From positions 96,001 through 160,000 of the forward strand of contig JBJBDL010000003.1 of NCBI GenBank assembly GCA_047285305.1: a stretch of 64,000 nucleotides of DNA, given 5' to 3'. Of this stretch, positions 54,389-62,985 are shown piece by piece (position 1 is the stretch's first letter; each line of letters opens with the position of its first letter). The DNA is from Synechococcus sp. (lineage in GTDB: Bacteria; Cyanobacteriota; Cyanobacteriia; PCC-6307; Cyanobiaceae). Both the position numbers and the translations under genes were made by a program. Under the pieces are notes generated by a model. The model worked only from the letters and a program-made list of their open reading frames with translations. It searched no databases and had not been told where the DNA came from.

Positions 54389-54987
54389 CAGAAACCTCGG
54401 CGCAACTCCGTGACTTGATCTGCCATCTCCACCACACCGGCGGGGATTGCAGGTCCAGTGATGATCACATCCATCGAAGCGGGCCGCTGCTCAAGGGCTG
54501 CAATAACATCAGTTTCATCCAGGTATCCGAAGGACACGGCAAGGCCGATTTCATCCAAGACCAGCTGGTCGAGATCTCCCTGAATCAGATGCTGGCGACA
54601 GATGGACCAAACCGCAGCCACCGCCTCCGCGCCACCTGGATGGCCCGGCGAGGAGAGGCAGAGGGGCACTTTTGGCCGCAGCCAGACAAGGCCTCCACAG
54701 AGCTGCACCCGTCCGGCCGGTCCCTGCTGAACGCCCCCTTTGAGGAACTGACTGATTAGAACACGACTGCCCAAGCCGGCAGCACGCATGGCTTGACTCA
54801 GAACATTGGCGAAGCTGCCTCGGTAGGGCGCTGTATGCACTTGCAGCTGCCCTTCTGGAGCCACCAGATGTAGGGGTGGCGGATCAGAGAGAGGAGGCAA
54901 TGGCCTGAGGCCCGCCCGCTGCAAAGCCTGCTGATCCCGATCCAGGGAGTTCTGGAAGGCTTGGGGGTCTGCGAGGCTTGTGGACAT
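54388..54987 (-). CDS. CobO/BtuR-like protein with a degenerate P-loop
   Basis: SQFLKGG, LVLDEI, DVIITG and ADQVTE match CobA/CobO, but the GKGKT loop is replaced by HTAPYRGSF; start ATG 54987. Confidence 0.75.
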   Translation of the reverse strand: MSTSLADPQAFQNSLDRDQQALQRAGLRPLPPLSDPPPLHLVAPEGQLQVHTAPYRGSFANVLSQAMRAAGLGSRVLISQFLKGGVQQGPAGRVQLCGGLVWLRPKVPLCLSSPGHPGGAEAVAAVWSICRQHLIQGDLDQLVLDEIGLAVSFGYLDETDVIAALEQRPASMDVIITGPAIPAGVVEMADQVTELRRGF

Positions 54988-55021
54988 CACGGAAGCATCT
55001 GTCCGGGCGACCCCGGCGTAG

Positions 55022-55079
55022 ACCTTAAATCTAGCGGCGAGATCACATTCAACAAGAGGGTTAACACCACCCATGGTGT
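55022..55079. promoter_or_regulatory. Tandem NrdR-box-like operator sites
   Basis: ACCTTAAATCTAGCGG (55022-55037) and ACACCACCCATGGTGT (55064-55079), 42 bp apart; partial match to acaCwAtATaTwGtgt. Confidence 0.45.
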
Positions 55080-55133
55080 TTGGACAGGGCGAGAACCAAC
55101 CGCCTGCGAGGCTTGACGAACTGCACACCACCG

Positions 55134-55877
55134 ATGAGCCAATCCCCTGAACACCGCGCTGATGGCCGTCGCCCGCAGCAGTTGCGACCGTTCTCGGTGA
55201 CCTGGAATCCCATGGGGTTTGCCTTGAGCTCCCTTGTGGTTCACACCGGCCGAACCGCTGTTCTCTGCAGCGTCTGCTTGGAGGACAAGGTTCCCCGCTG
55301 GCGCAAGGGAGAAGGGTTGGGATGGCTCAGCGCCGAATACCGGCTGCTGCCAGGATCCACCCCACAGCGGCAATCACGGGAGCTGATGAAACTCTCGGGT
55401 CGCACCCAGGAGATTCAGCGATTGATAGGCCGCAGCCTGCGCGCCGTGATCGATATGGAGCGCCTTGGTGAGCGCACCTTGCTGATCGACTGCGACGTGA
55501 TCCAAGCTGACGCCGGCACCCGGACGGCCTCGATCACCGGGGCTTGGCTCGCCCTGGAGCAGGCCAGCCAATCACTGGTGGAACAAGGAGTCCTGGAGCA
55601 ATCGCCCCTGGTCGACCAGGTGGCAGCAGTGTCCGTTGGCTTGGTGGATGGCCAGGCCTTGCTGGATCTGGACTACAGCGAAGACAGCCGAGCCGAAGTA
55701 GACTTGAACGTTGTGCAGGCCAGCGATGGCCGTCTGCTGGAAATCCAAGGAACTGCGGAGGGAGCACCCTTCAGCCGCAGCCAACTCAATGAGTTGCTGG
55801 ACTTAGCAGCGCCGGGATTGACATCCCTGATGCAGGAGCAACGCCAGGCCTTCAACGAGCACAGCAGCGTTACGTAA
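55134..55877 (+). CDS. rph: Ribonuclease PH
   Basis: [47 protein letters not shown] and EIQGTAE. Confidence 0.97.
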   Translation: MSQSPEHRADGRRPQQLRPFSVTWNPMGFALSSLVVHTGRTAVLCSVCLEDKVPRWRKGEGLGWLSAEYRLLPGSTPQRQSRELMKLSGRTQEIQRLIGRSLRAVIDMERLGERTLLIDCDVIQADAGTRTASITGAWLALEQASQSLVEQGVLEQSPLVDQVAAVSVGLVDGQALLDLDYSEDSRAEVDLNVVQASDGRLLEIQGTAEGAPFSRSQLNELLDLAAPGLTSLMQEQRQAFNEHSSVT

Positions 55878-55915
55878 TAACCGCTACATGGCGGCCACCG
55901 CCGGCTCCGTAACTT
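55874..55915 (+). promoter_or_regulatory. Canonical NtcA-activated promoter of ntcA
   Basis: GTA-ataaccgc-TAC (55874-55887), then exactly 22 nt, then TAACTT (55910-55915). Confidence 0.85.
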
Positions 55916-55935
55916 CGCCACATCAGGGGGTTGTC

Positions 55936-56652
55936 ATGACCAGTAGCCGAGGTTTCAGCCGATACGCCCCGCAGATGGTGGCTCCAGCTCCCAGCGCAGA
56001 ACCGGCCAACCGTTCTCTGCTGGAGATCATCCGGGATCTCGATGGCGCCAGTAGTGAACTGGTGGATCGCAACAAAACCATCTTCTTCCCCGGAGATCCC
56101 GCAGAGCGGGTGTATCTGATCCGCCGGGGAGCCGTTCGTTTGTCCCGCGTCTACGAATCGGGAGAAGAGATCACCGTGGCCCTGCTCCGCGAGAACAGCC
56201 TCTTCGGGGTGTTGTCGCTGCTGACAGGTCAACGGTCCGATCGCTTCTATCACGCTGTGGCCTTCACCCGAGTCGAAATGGTGACGGCACCAGCAACCTC
56301 CGTAAAGGCCGCCATCGAAGCAGACACCAGCGTTGGCCTGCGCTTGCTTCAGGGTCTCTCCAGCCGGATTCTGCAGACCGAGACGATGATTGAAACCCTC
56401 ACCCATCGGGACATGTCATCCCGGCTGGTGAGCTTCCTGCTGGTGCTTTGCAGGGATTTCGGCGTGGCGGATGAGCTGGGCATCACCATCGATCTGCGTC
56501 TGTCTCATCAGGCCATCGCTGAAGCAATTGGCTCAACACGCGTCACAATCACGCGTCTGCTGGGAGACTTGCGTCAATCCGGTCTGGTTCAGATTGACCG
56601 CAAGAAAATCACGGTTCTGGATCCCATCGCGCTGGCCAAACGCTTCAGCTAG
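55936..56652 (+). CDS. ntcA: Global nitrogen regulator NtcA (Crp family)
   Basis: [24 protein letters not shown] and the [25 protein letters not shown]. Start must lie downstream of the promoter (ATG 55936 or 55975). Confidence 0.98.
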   Translation: MTSSRGFSRYAPQMVAPAPSAEPANRSLLEIIRDLDGASSELVDRNKTIFFPGDPAERVYLIRRGAVRLSRVYESGEEITVALLRENSLFGVLSLLTGQRSDRFYHAVAFTRVEMVTAPATSVKAAIEADTSVGLRLLQGLSSRILQTETMIETLTHRDMSSRLVSFLLVLCRDFGVADELGITIDLRLSHQAIAEAIGSTRVTITRLLGDLRQSGLVQIDRKKITVLDPIALAKRFS

Positions 56653-56679
56653 GCCTGCCATCGCAAGACTTGTGCAGCC

Positions 56680-57831
56680 ATGAGCGGCTGGGCACTGATC
56701 CTGGTTCTGTTGGTGCTCGGGGGAGTGCTGTCGACCCTGGGCGACCGCTTGGGCAGCCGTGTCGGCAAAGCGCGACTGAGTTTGTTCAGCATGCGCCCAC
56801 GGCGCACAGCCGTTTTGATCACGGTGTTGACCGGCAGCCTGATCAGCGCACTCTCACTTGGCCTGATGCTTCTGGTGAGCCGGCAGTTGCGGGTGGGCCT
56901 GTTTGAACTGGATGCTCTGCAGGAGAAACTCCAGGACAGCCGTCTACAGCTGGAAGCAGCCGAGCGGGAACGGGACAAGACCCAAACCGAAACCAAACGG
57001 ATCGCAATTGAGCTCGAGCAATCGCAGCAACGGGCCAACACCCTGCGCCTCGAACTAGCTCCTCTTCAAAAGGAGCTAGCCGAACTTGAAGCCGAACGTG
57101 AACGCCTCACCCAGGACATCGCCTCCCGCGATGCGGACATCCAGCGCACGGAAGCCGAACTCAACATCGTTCGCAGCCGCATCCGTGCCGGTGAGCAGGA
57201 ACTCAAAGGACTGGAACGCAATCTGGTCGCCTTGAGGCGTGGATCGGTGGTGATCAGCAGCGGACAGACCTTGGCAAGAGCAACGGTTCGACTCGATGCT
57301 CCGGACCAGGCCAAACAGGCTGTGGACAGGCTGTTGCAGGAGGCCAATCTCAACGCCTACGGGAAAGTGCGACCTGGCGAAGCACCCGAGCGCCAGTTGA
57401 TCCGCGTTCCGCGCAGCGATGTGGAACGCCTGCAAAGCATCATCCGCAAACCGGAGACCTGGGTGATCTCGCTGCGCTCCGCCACCAATGTGCTGCGGGG
57501 TGAAACAGCGGTGTATGCCTTTCCCGAGGTGCGTCCGAACCGTCCGGTGACCCAACGCGGAGACATGCTGGCGACCACCACACTGCCACCGGATGAACGC
57601 ACGCCAGAGGGCATTCGCACACGGTTGAACCTTCTCTTGGCCTCGGCCTATGCCGAAGTGCAGCGGCGGGGATCCCTGACCGAGGGACTTCAGTTCGATG
57701 GATCAGCCCTCTCCCAACTGGCCCAGACCCTGATGGAAGGACCCAGCCAAAGCGTGGTCTTGGACGTGATTTCCGCGGGAGTCAGCGACAGTGCCGATCC
57801 TGTCATCGTCACCATTCAGGCCTCCCCATGA
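56680..57831 (+). CDS. DUF3084 family coiled-coil membrane protein
   Basis: GDRLGSRVGKARLSLFSMRPRRTAVLITVLTG, two transmembrane segments and a long coiled coil. Confidence 0.82.
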   Translation: MSGWALILVLLVLGGVLSTLGDRLGSRVGKARLSLFSMRPRRTAVLITVLTGSLISALSLGLMLLVSRQLRVGLFELDALQEKLQDSRLQLEAAERERDKTQTETKRIAIELEQSQQRANTLRLELAPLQKELAELEAERERLTQDIASRDADIQRTEAELNIVRSRIRAGEQELKGLERNLVALRRGSVVISSGQTLARATVRLDAPDQAKQAVDRLLQEANLNAYGKVRPGEAPERQLIRVPRSDVERLQSIIRKPETWVISLRSATNVLRGETAVYAFPEVRPNRPVTQRGDMLATTTLPPDERTPEGIRTRLNLLLASAYAEVQRRGSLTEGLQFDGSALSQLAQTLMEGPSQSVVLDVISAGVSDSADPVIVTIQASP

Positions 57832-58274
57832 AACGGGTGGCCGTTCTCGATCCAGGCCGCTGCAAATGTGGTCTTGTGCTGGCCGATCTTCAGCTCGGCC
57901 TGGTGCGCGAAGGGCATGTACTGGCCCCTGAGGCCGTTGAACCCTGGCTGGAGCAGTGGAATCAAGACCAAGCTCTCGACCGCATCCTGATTGGCGATGG
58001 CACGGGAAGCCGAGCCTGGATCCAGCGACTGGAACGGCTGGGGCATCTCACCGTGATTCCGGAGAAGGGAACAACCCTCAGGGCAAGACAGCGTTACTGG
58101 GCGCTGTGGCCGGCTCGAGGTTGGCGAGGGATGCTGCCGGCAGGACTGCGCATTCCACCGGTAGATCTGGATGCTGTTGCAGCTTTGGTGATGCTTGAGG
58201 AGTACCTGCAATGCCGCCTGAAATGGCCGGAGCCTGCTCCCACGTTCTCGCTCAGAACCTGGCCCGGACCATGA
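57828..58274 (+). CDS. YqgF/RNase H-like (resolvase-like) nuclease
   Basis: LDPGRCKCG, IGDGTGS, EKGTTLRARQRY and DAVAA. Confidence 0.82.
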   Translation: MKRVAVLDPGRCKCGLVLADLQLGLVREGHVLAPEAVEPWLEQWNQDQALDRILIGDGTGSRAWIQRLERLGHLTVIPEKGTTLRARQRYWALWPARGWRGMLPAGLRIPPVDLDAVAALVMLEEYLQCRLKWPEPAPTFSLRTWPGP

Positions 58275-58509
58275 AGGTGTAATCCCCCCCCGGTTCCAGC
58301 CTGTAATCAGAACGCACCAGAAACCGCCGCAGGGCATCCTCGATCAGGGCACGTCCCAGGGACGGCTCCACCACCAGTTCGCCGCGATCAAAGGCCCAGG
58401 AAAACTGCCACTCAAACCCTCCAGCAGAAACTTCACCCTCCACGCACTTGGCTTGAAAACACTGTCGGAGCACCCGCAAATGGGCCGTTGTCGCCGGAAG
58501 TGCCGGCAT
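58252..58509 (-). CDS. DUF3146 family protein
   Basis: LPATTAHLRV...GEVSAGGFEWQFSW...PSLGRALI...YRLEPGGDY. Confidence 0.78.
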   Translation of the reverse strand: MPALPATTAHLRVLRQCFQAKCVEGEVSAGGFEWQFSWAFDRGELVVEPSLGRALIEDALRRFLVRSDYRLEPGGDYTFMVRARF

Positions 58510-59126
58510 CAGTCGACCGGCTCCAAGTCATAGCGGAACCCGTTGATCCAGGTTCCAGCGCGCTCAAAGCTCTGGCGCTGAAGACGTTGAATCCCATCCA
58601 GAACAGCATCGAGAACAGCGCCGACACAGGGTTGCTCCACCTTGCTAAACGGACCAAGAACATGGGACACCGTTCGGGCGCGGCGTTCGGCAGGGTTCTC
58701 AGCCGGCGCACCAATGCCGATCCGTAGCCTCGGGAACGCCTGGGTCCCGAGATGCTGAATGGTGCTGCGCAAACCATTGTGCCCGCCGGCACTGCCCTGG
58801 GCCCGCAACCGCAAACGACCCAGCGGAAGATCCATGTCATCCACCAGCACCAGCAATTGGTGAGGCTCCAGGCCGAACCAATCGAGGGCCGCACGAACGG
58901 CACGACCGCTGTCATTCATGTAGGTCTGAGGCATCAGCAAGCGCAGCCGCTGCTCACCAACCCCTGTATCGGCTGCAAGACCGTGCAACTTGGCTTGCTG
59001 ACGAAAACTGAATCCAGAACGCTCACCCAAAAGCTCTAGGGCCATGAAGCCGATGTTGTGACGGGTGCCGGCGTATTTCGTACCCGGATTTCCCAGACCC
59101 ACCACCAGCTTGAGATCAGTGGTCAT
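58509..59126 (-). CDS. pth: Peptidyl-tRNA hydrolase
   Basis: GLGNPG, TRHNIGF, TYMN, GGHNGL and RLRIGIG. Confidence 0.97.
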   Translation of the reverse strand: MTTDLKLVVGLGNPGTKYAGTRHNIGFMALELLGERSGFSFRQQAKLHGLAADTGVGEQRLRLLMPQTYMNDSGRAVRAALDWFGLEPHQLLVLVDDMDLPLGRLRLRAQGSAGGHNGLRSTIQHLGTQAFPRLRIGIGAPAENPAERRARTVSHVLGPFSKVEQPCVGAVLDAVLDGIQRLQRQSFERAGTWINGFRYDLEPVD

Positions 59127-59140
59127 ACCGCTGAAACGAC

Positions 59141-59371
59141 TCAGTCGCTGGGGGGAAGTTCTTCAACCGGCTTCGCAGTCTCACCGGAAACTTCCGGTTC
59201 AGCCATGGCTTTGTTGATCTCGCGTTCGAATTCCTTAGAAGCGGATTGGAAGCCCTTAAGGGTTTTACCAAGGGTCCGACCAAGCTCGGGCAGGCGTTTC
59301 GGCCCGAAAACCAACACGGCAACGGCGCCGATAACCGCCATTTCGGGGAGACCGACGCCGAAGATGTTCAT
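59141..59371 (-). CDS. tatA: Twin-arginine translocase TatA/E
   Basis: FGVGLPE...VFGPKRLPELGRTLGK. Confidence 0.93.
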   Translation of the reverse strand: MNIFGVGLPEMAVIGAVAVLVFGPKRLPELGRTLGKTLKGFQSASKEFEREINKAMAEPEVSGETAKPVEELPPSD

Positions 59372-59380
59372 GGGTGCAGA

Positions 59381-59581
59381 TCAGCCGAGGCCGTTCCAGT
59401 TCACGTTGATGCCCTCGAGGATGAGGGACTTGTTGTACAGCTGAAGAATCACCAGCAGAAACACCAGGAACAGCACCATAAAGATGCCCATCACGGGAGT
59501 GGTGCCCCATCCGGGAACCACCTTGCCGTACTCGGAGTTTAGTGGGCGGAGAAGGTCTCCCAGACGGGTGCGTTGTGCCAT
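59381..59581 (-). CDS. psbH: Photosystem II protein PsbH
   Basis: [29 protein letters not shown]. Confidence 0.98.
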   Translation of the reverse strand: MAQRTRLGDLLRPLNSEYGKVVPGWGTTPVMGIFMVLFLVFLLVILQLYNKSLILEGINVNWNGLG

Positions 59582-59610
59582 GGCGACGCTGGGTCTCGGG
59601 TGGTTTGAAG

Positions 59611-59659
59611 TCTCGATACTGTAGGGGCCGACTCCGGTTCGGGGTTGATCCTGTCGAGA
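59611..59659 (+). ncRNA. Structured element between divergent psbH and psbN (psbNH RNA motif-like)
   Basis: Interrupted hairpin TCTCGAT...GACTCCG-gtt-CGGGGTT...GTCGAGA at the position described for the psbNH motif. Strand is uncertain. Confidence 0.55.
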
Positions 59660-59665
59660 GATGTG

Positions 59666-59806
59666 ATGGAAACGTCGTCCCCAGCCCTGTCCGTCGCCAT
59701 TGGCGTGCTCGCCGTTTTGTTCGGACTCACCGGATTTGGCGTGTACCAGGCCTTTGGCCCTCCATCAAAAGCACTCGACGACCCGTTCGACGATCACGAG
59801 GACTGA
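59666..59806 (+). CDS. psbN: PsbN photosystem assembly protein (46 aa)
   Basis: Manual translation [46 protein letters not shown]. Confidence 0.95.
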   Translation: METSSPALSVAIGVLAVLFGLTGFGVYQAFGPPSKALDDPFDDHED

Positions 59807-62733
59807 TCCACCACCAGGGAGACGAGTTCTCCTGGGGTGATCACCACGGCAGCAGCAGCAATTGAGTCAGCTTCCCTGCGGACAGTCCAACCCGCTCCAG
59901 GGGTCCAGCGACAGCGCGCTGATCCCGAATTAAGCAGCTTCAGTAGGCAACCATCGGCATGGCGCTCCAACGCCACCGGCGTGAGTGGAAGCGGCAGCGA
60001 CGGGAACCACAGACGCTGCTCCGCCGGCAAGTCCGCACACCACCCGGGCTCACGAAAGGCAATGGCTGCCTGCGACACACCGGCATCGCTCCATGAGCCG
60101 GCGAACGGCATGAGGGCCAAGCGCTGGCGATGCCACCCCTGATCAGCACTGGGATCTGGCCAGGTCGGGCCCCGCAGCAGAGAAATGCCAAGTCGGTCTG
60201 AAGACCAATCCACACCCTGGGGGCCGTCCAGCAACACAGCCATCCCGCCTCCGGGAGCTGCCGACTGCGAGGCGAACCAGGAGATCACAGGCACTTCCCA
60301 ACGGGCTTGTTCCCGAGCCGTAATTGGTGCAGCGGGCCGTTCAATCACCCCTCCACTAGTGTCGGCAGCAATGCGGACGGCGGGGGTCGCCAGCGGCAGC
60401 TCCAGACGCAGCAACTCATGGGTCTGGAGCCAGTCGATACTGCAGATCAGCTCAAGCCAGGGCGTGTCGGCCTTCAGCCGCAGGTCCAGACGCATGCAAC
60501 TGGCACCGAGCTGGCGCCGCAGCACCAAATGCGCCACCAGGGGGCCCTGGTCGAGCCACTCCAGGAAATCCTTACGGAGCACGCCTAGGGGCTGAGATCG
60601 GTAGTCCGCCGCAAGATCCCAGGCATCCCAGAATTCGCCCCGGTCCCGATAGCGCTCCAACTGCAGGGAGGACGACAACTGGTCCCTTCCATCGCGATCC
60701 CGCAAAGCCAGCAGTCCGGCCGCGGAGACGTCGAGCTCGATCAGACCATTACCCACACGCCAAGCTCCCGCCCCCAGCGACGTGATGACCACAGCCTGAC
60801 GGGGCTCAGCCGAGCAGGATGCCAAGCCTGGTTCACGCCGGAGCGGCACCGAACAAATCCCGTGCTGACGTGGTAGCTGCACCCATGTACCACCAGCAGC
60901 GGAGTTTTGCTGCGGCAGTGAAAGGGCGTCGGCTGACCACGACCCCGCAGGAAGGCGAACCAGAGGCGACCAGGACGCCAAGGGCTGCAGACCCCACCAA
61001 CTCCACACCGCCGCTGTGTCCTTCGGATGCGGCAGCCTTGCCAGCCGCCGATCGCGTGCCTGGCGGGCCTGGCACCGGGCCCAGCGCCAAACCGGTTCTG
61101 CCTGGTCAAACACCTCCGGGATCGAGGTTCCAGGAAGGATGTCGTGAAACTGCTGGAACAACAGCGGGCGCCAATCGCTGCTGCCGCTATCGCGACCTGC
61201 GATCGCCAACAAGGCTGAGATTGCATCAGCCTCCCGCAAAAGCCGCTCGAGCGTTCGGTTGTGGCGCTTCTGATCCGGACGGCTGGTGGCGCAACCGCGG
61301 TGCAACTCCAGGAAGAGCTCATCTCGCCACACCGGCCAGGCCTGATCACCCTGCTCCAGCTCGGTCAAGAACTCCCGCACCGTGCCGGCTCGGGTGGGCA
61401 AGGCGGCCGCTTGCCCCTCCCAGAGCTCGATCTGCTCCAGCAACTCCTCGGTAGGACCACCACCGTGATCACCAACGCCTGGAATCCAGAGCGCCGCCTC
61501 CAGCCCCGTAGCCTCATGCCAAGCCCGCTGCTCTTCCAGCATCTCCACAGGATCGGCTCGACGACCGATCGGCGGCAGCATCAGGCTGTGCAGTTCCGAA
61601 CGTCCCCTTGCGCGCCAGCGGAACAAACGGTGGGGGAAAGGGTTGTCAGCATTCCAGGCCAGCTTGTGAGTGCAGAACCAGCGCACACCGGTGGCTGACG
61701 CCACGTCTGGCAGGCCAGCAGCGAAGCCAAAGCTGTCCGGCAACCAGGCCAACTCATGGGTCCACTCTGGGAATCGGCGACGGCTGTCGTCCTGACCAAC
61801 AGCGAACTGATTCCACAACGACGCCGTGCTGACCAGCACACAGTCGGTCTCCACCCAGGGGCCATTGATCGGTTCCCAGCGGCCGGCCCGGCTGGCCGCC
61901 TGGATCTCCGCAAAAAGGGCTGGGCGATGTTGCTCCATCCAGGCGTAAAGCGCCGGCGTGGAATGGGCAAATCGCAGCTCGGGCCTGCGACGCATCAGAG
62001 CCAACGCTGATCGGAAGGTGCGTTCAGCGGCCTGCCAGGTGTCAGCGACCGGCCAAAGCCAAGCCAGATCGAGATGGGCATGACCCAGCCAATGCAACAA
62101 CCCTCGTGGCGGTGCTGCCTGGTGCAGGTGCGCTGCAACAGCAGCCTGCGCCTCTGCACCGCTGGGATCCAGATCCGCCCAATGCGGCGGCAGGTCTCCG
62201 TCCGCCGCCAGATGCAGCTCCAAGGCCGCAGGCAACAGCGTGCCCTCGGGGTCGGGGCCTGCTGCCTGCGGCTCCAGGTCAAGATGGCTGCTGATCAGAG
62301 CTCCATCGTCATGCAGGGGGCTGCAGAGCTCCAGCACAAGATCCAGTGCAGCCCCCTGACGACAACGCCCAGGCAGCGGCCAGCGACAGGCGGTATCGAA
62401 CAGATCCCCCTCATGCACCAGCACGCCATCCACCCAGAGACGCATCTGCTCAGCCCACCAGTGCAGCACCAGCCGGGCACGGCAGGAATCACCGTCACTC
62501 CAGCCATCAGGCCAACTCAACCGCTGCTCAAGACGCAACCATTGGCGTCCTCTGGGCCAGATCAGCAGGCCGCGCTTGGCCCAGTCCGGCCGGTGCGTTG
62601 ATCCCCAGCTGTCATTGAGAAAAAACCCAGCCTGGGCGGAGCCTGAGCGGCGCCAACCGGCACGCAGATCACGCCGCGAGCGACTGCGAAACGTTTCAAT
62701 CCACTCCGATCGACCGACTTGATCAGGGTTCAT
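59794..62733 (-). CDS. Alpha-mannosidase, glycoside hydrolase family 38
   Basis: GHAHLDLAWLWP (Zn ligands), WLPDSFGF (nucleophile), GVGDHGGGP and QFHDILPG. Alternative start at 62760. Confidence 0.92.
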   Translation of the reverse strand: MNPDQVGRSEWIETFRSRSRRDLRAGWRRSGSAQAGFFLNDSWGSTHRPDWAKRGLLIWPRGRQWLRLEQRLSWPDGWSDGDSCRARLVLHWWAEQMRLWVDGVLVHEGDLFDTACRWPLPGRCRQGAALDLVLELCSPLHDDGALISSHLDLEPQAAGPDPEGTLLPAALELHLAADGDLPPHWADLDPSGAEAQAAVAAHLHQAAPPRGLLHWLGHAHLDLAWLWPVADTWQAAERTFRSALALMRRRPELRFAHSTPALYAWMEQHRPALFAEIQAASRAGRWEPINGPWVETDCVLVSTASLWNQFAVGQDDSRRRFPEWTHELAWLPDSFGFAAGLPDVASATGVRWFCTHKLAWNADNPFPHRLFRWRARGRSELHSLMLPPIGRRADPVEMLEEQRAWHEATGLEAALWIPGVGDHGGGPTEELLEQIELWEGQAAALPTRAGTVREFLTELEQGDQAWPVWRDELFLELHRGCATSRPDQKRHNRTLERLLREADAISALLAIAGRDSGSSDWRPLLFQQFHDILPGTSIPEVFDQAEPVWRWARCQARQARDRRLARLPHPKDTAAVWSWWGLQPLASWSPLVRLPAGSWSADALSLPQQNSAAGGTWVQLPRQHGICSVPLRREPGLASCSAEPRQAVVITSLGAGAWRVGNGLIELDVSAAGLLALRDRDGRDQLSSSLQLERYRDRGEFWDAWDLAADYRSQPLGVLRKDFLEWLDQGPLVAHLVLRRQLGASCMRLDLRLKADTPWLELICSIDWLQTHELLRLELPLATPAVRIAADTSGGVIERPAAPITAREQARWEVPVISWFASQSAAPGGGMAVLLDGPQGVDWSSDRLGISLLRGPTWPDPSADQGWHRQRLALMPFAGSWSDAGVSQAAIAFREPGWCADLPAEQRLWFPSLPLPLTPVALERHADGCLLKLLNSGSARCRWTPGAGWTVRREADSIAAAAVVITPGELVSLVVDQSS

Positions 62734-62797
62734 TCCCCTGCTGACGCTGTCATGCCCCATAGGATGATGGCCTTGTCACAGACGCCGGTCGGTCTCC

Positions 62798-62917
62798 ATG
62801 CTCGCCCTCAAGATCTCCGTTTACTCGGTCGTCTTCTTCTTCCTCGGCATCTTTGTGTTCGGGTTCCTTGCGAGCGATCCAAGCCGCACCCCTAGCCGCA
62901 AAGACCTGGAAGATTGA
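62798..62917 (+). CDS. psbI: Photosystem II protein PsbI (39 aa)
   Basis: Manual translation [39 protein letters not shown]. Confidence 0.96.
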   Translation: MLALKISVYSVVFFFLGIFVFGFLASDPSRTPSRKDLED

Positions 62918-62985
62918 TTCATCCTCCCGATCAGACCGCGCCACTTACTGGTCTGACCGGAGCGTGATTCCTGAAATGAGCTGGC

